64,000 bases of DNA from Octopus vulgaris (lineage: Eukaryota). Both the position numbers and the translations under genes were made by a program. The stretch lies in assembly GCA_951406725.2 (NCBI GenBank), contig OX597814.1, positions 204,414,001 through 204,478,000 of the forward strand. The letters run 5' to 3'. How positions within the stretch are numbered: the stretch's first letter is position 1; each line of letters opens with the position of its first letter. A model generated the notes under the pieces. The model saw only the letters and a program-made list of their open reading frames with translations. It was not told where the DNA came from and ran no database searches. Shown piece after piece: positions 62,147 to 64,000 of the stretch.

Positions 62147-64000
62147 CTGTAACAAAAAGATAAATAATCAACAATTATTGATAAAATAAAACAGTTATGT
62201 AACAAGGATGAATAAACATGTGTAGAATAAAGAATATTGACTAACCATCATGTAAATTTCTAAAATAAAATTGAAAAGTATGATTCATCAAAAAGAATTC
62301 TTGATTTCAAAATAATATTTCCTTTATTCTTTTATGTGATTACTGCTTTTTAATTAATAAGAAATTTTTAAAGAAATTTAATGAAAATACTTACTGAAAT
62401 TGATAAAGAACAATAAAAATTCTGTTATGTTATATTGATGTGGTCAGAATATTTTATGTGAAATACGTGTTTGGTGAATACTAATTAATGCATCAATATT
62501 TAACTGGAAATTAATGAGTTTTAGCCCTAATTACCATGCTCTTCCAGATTCAGTTCACTAATAATTCAACACCCTTTAGCATTTAAACTGGCCATATCTG
62601 GCCCAAATTTTCTATTTGTTTTCTACCAAGACCAACCAGATCTGGTCTCTCACACCAACCCTACAATGACATTCTAAAAAGTCACATCATTGAAATTTCT
62701 AAGCTATGAGATAATGTCTGATTAATTCAAAACAATGTAAATAAATCAGTATTACATTTAGAGGAGGCACTCCTACCCCTGTCCCTCAATAGTTCTAAAG
62801 CCCCACCCCCCTGTACTACTCCCTCTGCCCAGCCGAGGAGGTTTTTGTCTTGCAAATTATTTGGTGACCCTGCCAGTGCTGGTGCCATGTAATAAGCACC
62901 TGTGTGGGTTCCACATAAAAAGCATGGGTGATGGTGCCACGTAAAAAGCACCCAGTACACTGTATAGTGGTTGGCATTAGGAAAGGCATTCAGCTACAGT
63001 AGAAGCCATGCTAAAACAGACAATGAACCTTGGAATGGCCCCTGGCTTTACTAGCTCATGTCAAACTGTCCAATCTATGCTGACATGGAAAACAAATGTT
63101 AAATCATGACAATGACATAGATCTCCCAGGGATTTATACCAACCATTTGCTGACCCTTGATTTAGAATGTAGGACATGTGTAAAAGTCAAGAAGTCATGG
63201 GAATTATATTCAGTGAGCAAGATGAACAGGGCAACCACAAGTCAGGATACAACTTCCATTAACCCCTGAAATTTTTTTTGTAATTTAATCGACAACTCTC
63301 TAAAATGCATTATCATTGTTTGTCATTGTTTAGCCCCAGGTTAACCATGACCGGGCAGGCTTATGATTAAAGATGTTCCAGTCATCACAATCCTGTCCTT
63401 CACTTGGACATTGTATATCTAGGACTATATCCTTCCCTTCTTAACCCTTTAGATATGAACCCAGCTGAAACTGGCTCTGGTTCTGAGTACAAATGTTTCA
63501 TAAGTTTTGAATAAAAATCTTCCACCAAACCTTAGTCACAATTTAGGTTAAGGGTGTGGTTTGAGGGAGAATTGGCTGCTATTTTTAGCAAGTCAAGTGA
63601 CACTCGGACACTCTCCTAACAATAAGCTTCCTTCATTAAAACAACAGTTGAGGGGAAGGTATTAATATAATGTGAACTTACAAAAAAAGAAGTTCTGTTA
63701 AAAGGTCTTGCCAAGACACTTAAAGCACAATCTAATTAACTGTGAAAATGACCGACCATCGTTAGTGTCAAGAGGGTAAAGAATAACCAAGTAACTGTCT
63801 TTACTGGCAATAAAACTGACTAAAAAAAAAAAGGGAACTTTTTATTTCCAGAGAGAGGAACACTTGTCTGCGGGTGAATTTTCTCCTACATTCAAGTAGA
63901 GGCATAGGTATGTGATAAGAAGGTTGCTTTGCAATCATGTGATTTGGGGTTCAATCCCAATGCATGATACCATGGTGAAATCGTCATCATCATCGTTTAA

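Noticed and set aside
63675-63745. Additional SYS1 exon at a minus-strand GTAAGT donor
   Set aside because: Upstream sequence has no SYS1-like translation.

Overview
AT-rich, repeat-dense animal genomic DNA. The SINE/RTE repeat complement suggests a coleoid cephalopod such as Octopus (inference). Host genes: (i) the last coding bases of an RS-domain (SR-like) protein on + (stop at 144-146), followed by a long stretch free of young repeats; (ii) a complete 12-exon CEP76 gene on + (26868-47786, 638 aa, all intron phases consistent); (iii) the last two coding exons of SYS1 on - (62079-62146, 59217-59457); (iv) an orphan two-exon PDS5 fragment on - carrying a nonsense codon. Mobile DNA: a 3'-truncated Ty3/Gypsy element (one LTR, tRNA-Trp PBS, gag, -1 frameshift signal, pol), a near-intact RTE LINE with a PHD finger inside its RT, many RTE 3' tails, CR1/L2 remnants, a Tc1/mariner remnant, piggyBac-type MITEs, a small Helitron, CORE- and Meta-type SINEs and decayed Penelope-type hammerheads. 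Most notable: (a) a 4.6-kb block (RTE + PDS5 exons/intron) pasted into the middle of an older RTE; (b) the RTE 3'UTR carries a copy-number-variable ~61-bp array whose units can each fold into a hairpin plus a compact H-type pseudoknot; (c) several long fold-backs between the convergent CEP76 and SYS1 3' ends; (d) loss of the transglutaminase-like GDCEDHA motif in CEP76. All protein identifications come from recalled motif similarity, not from database searches.
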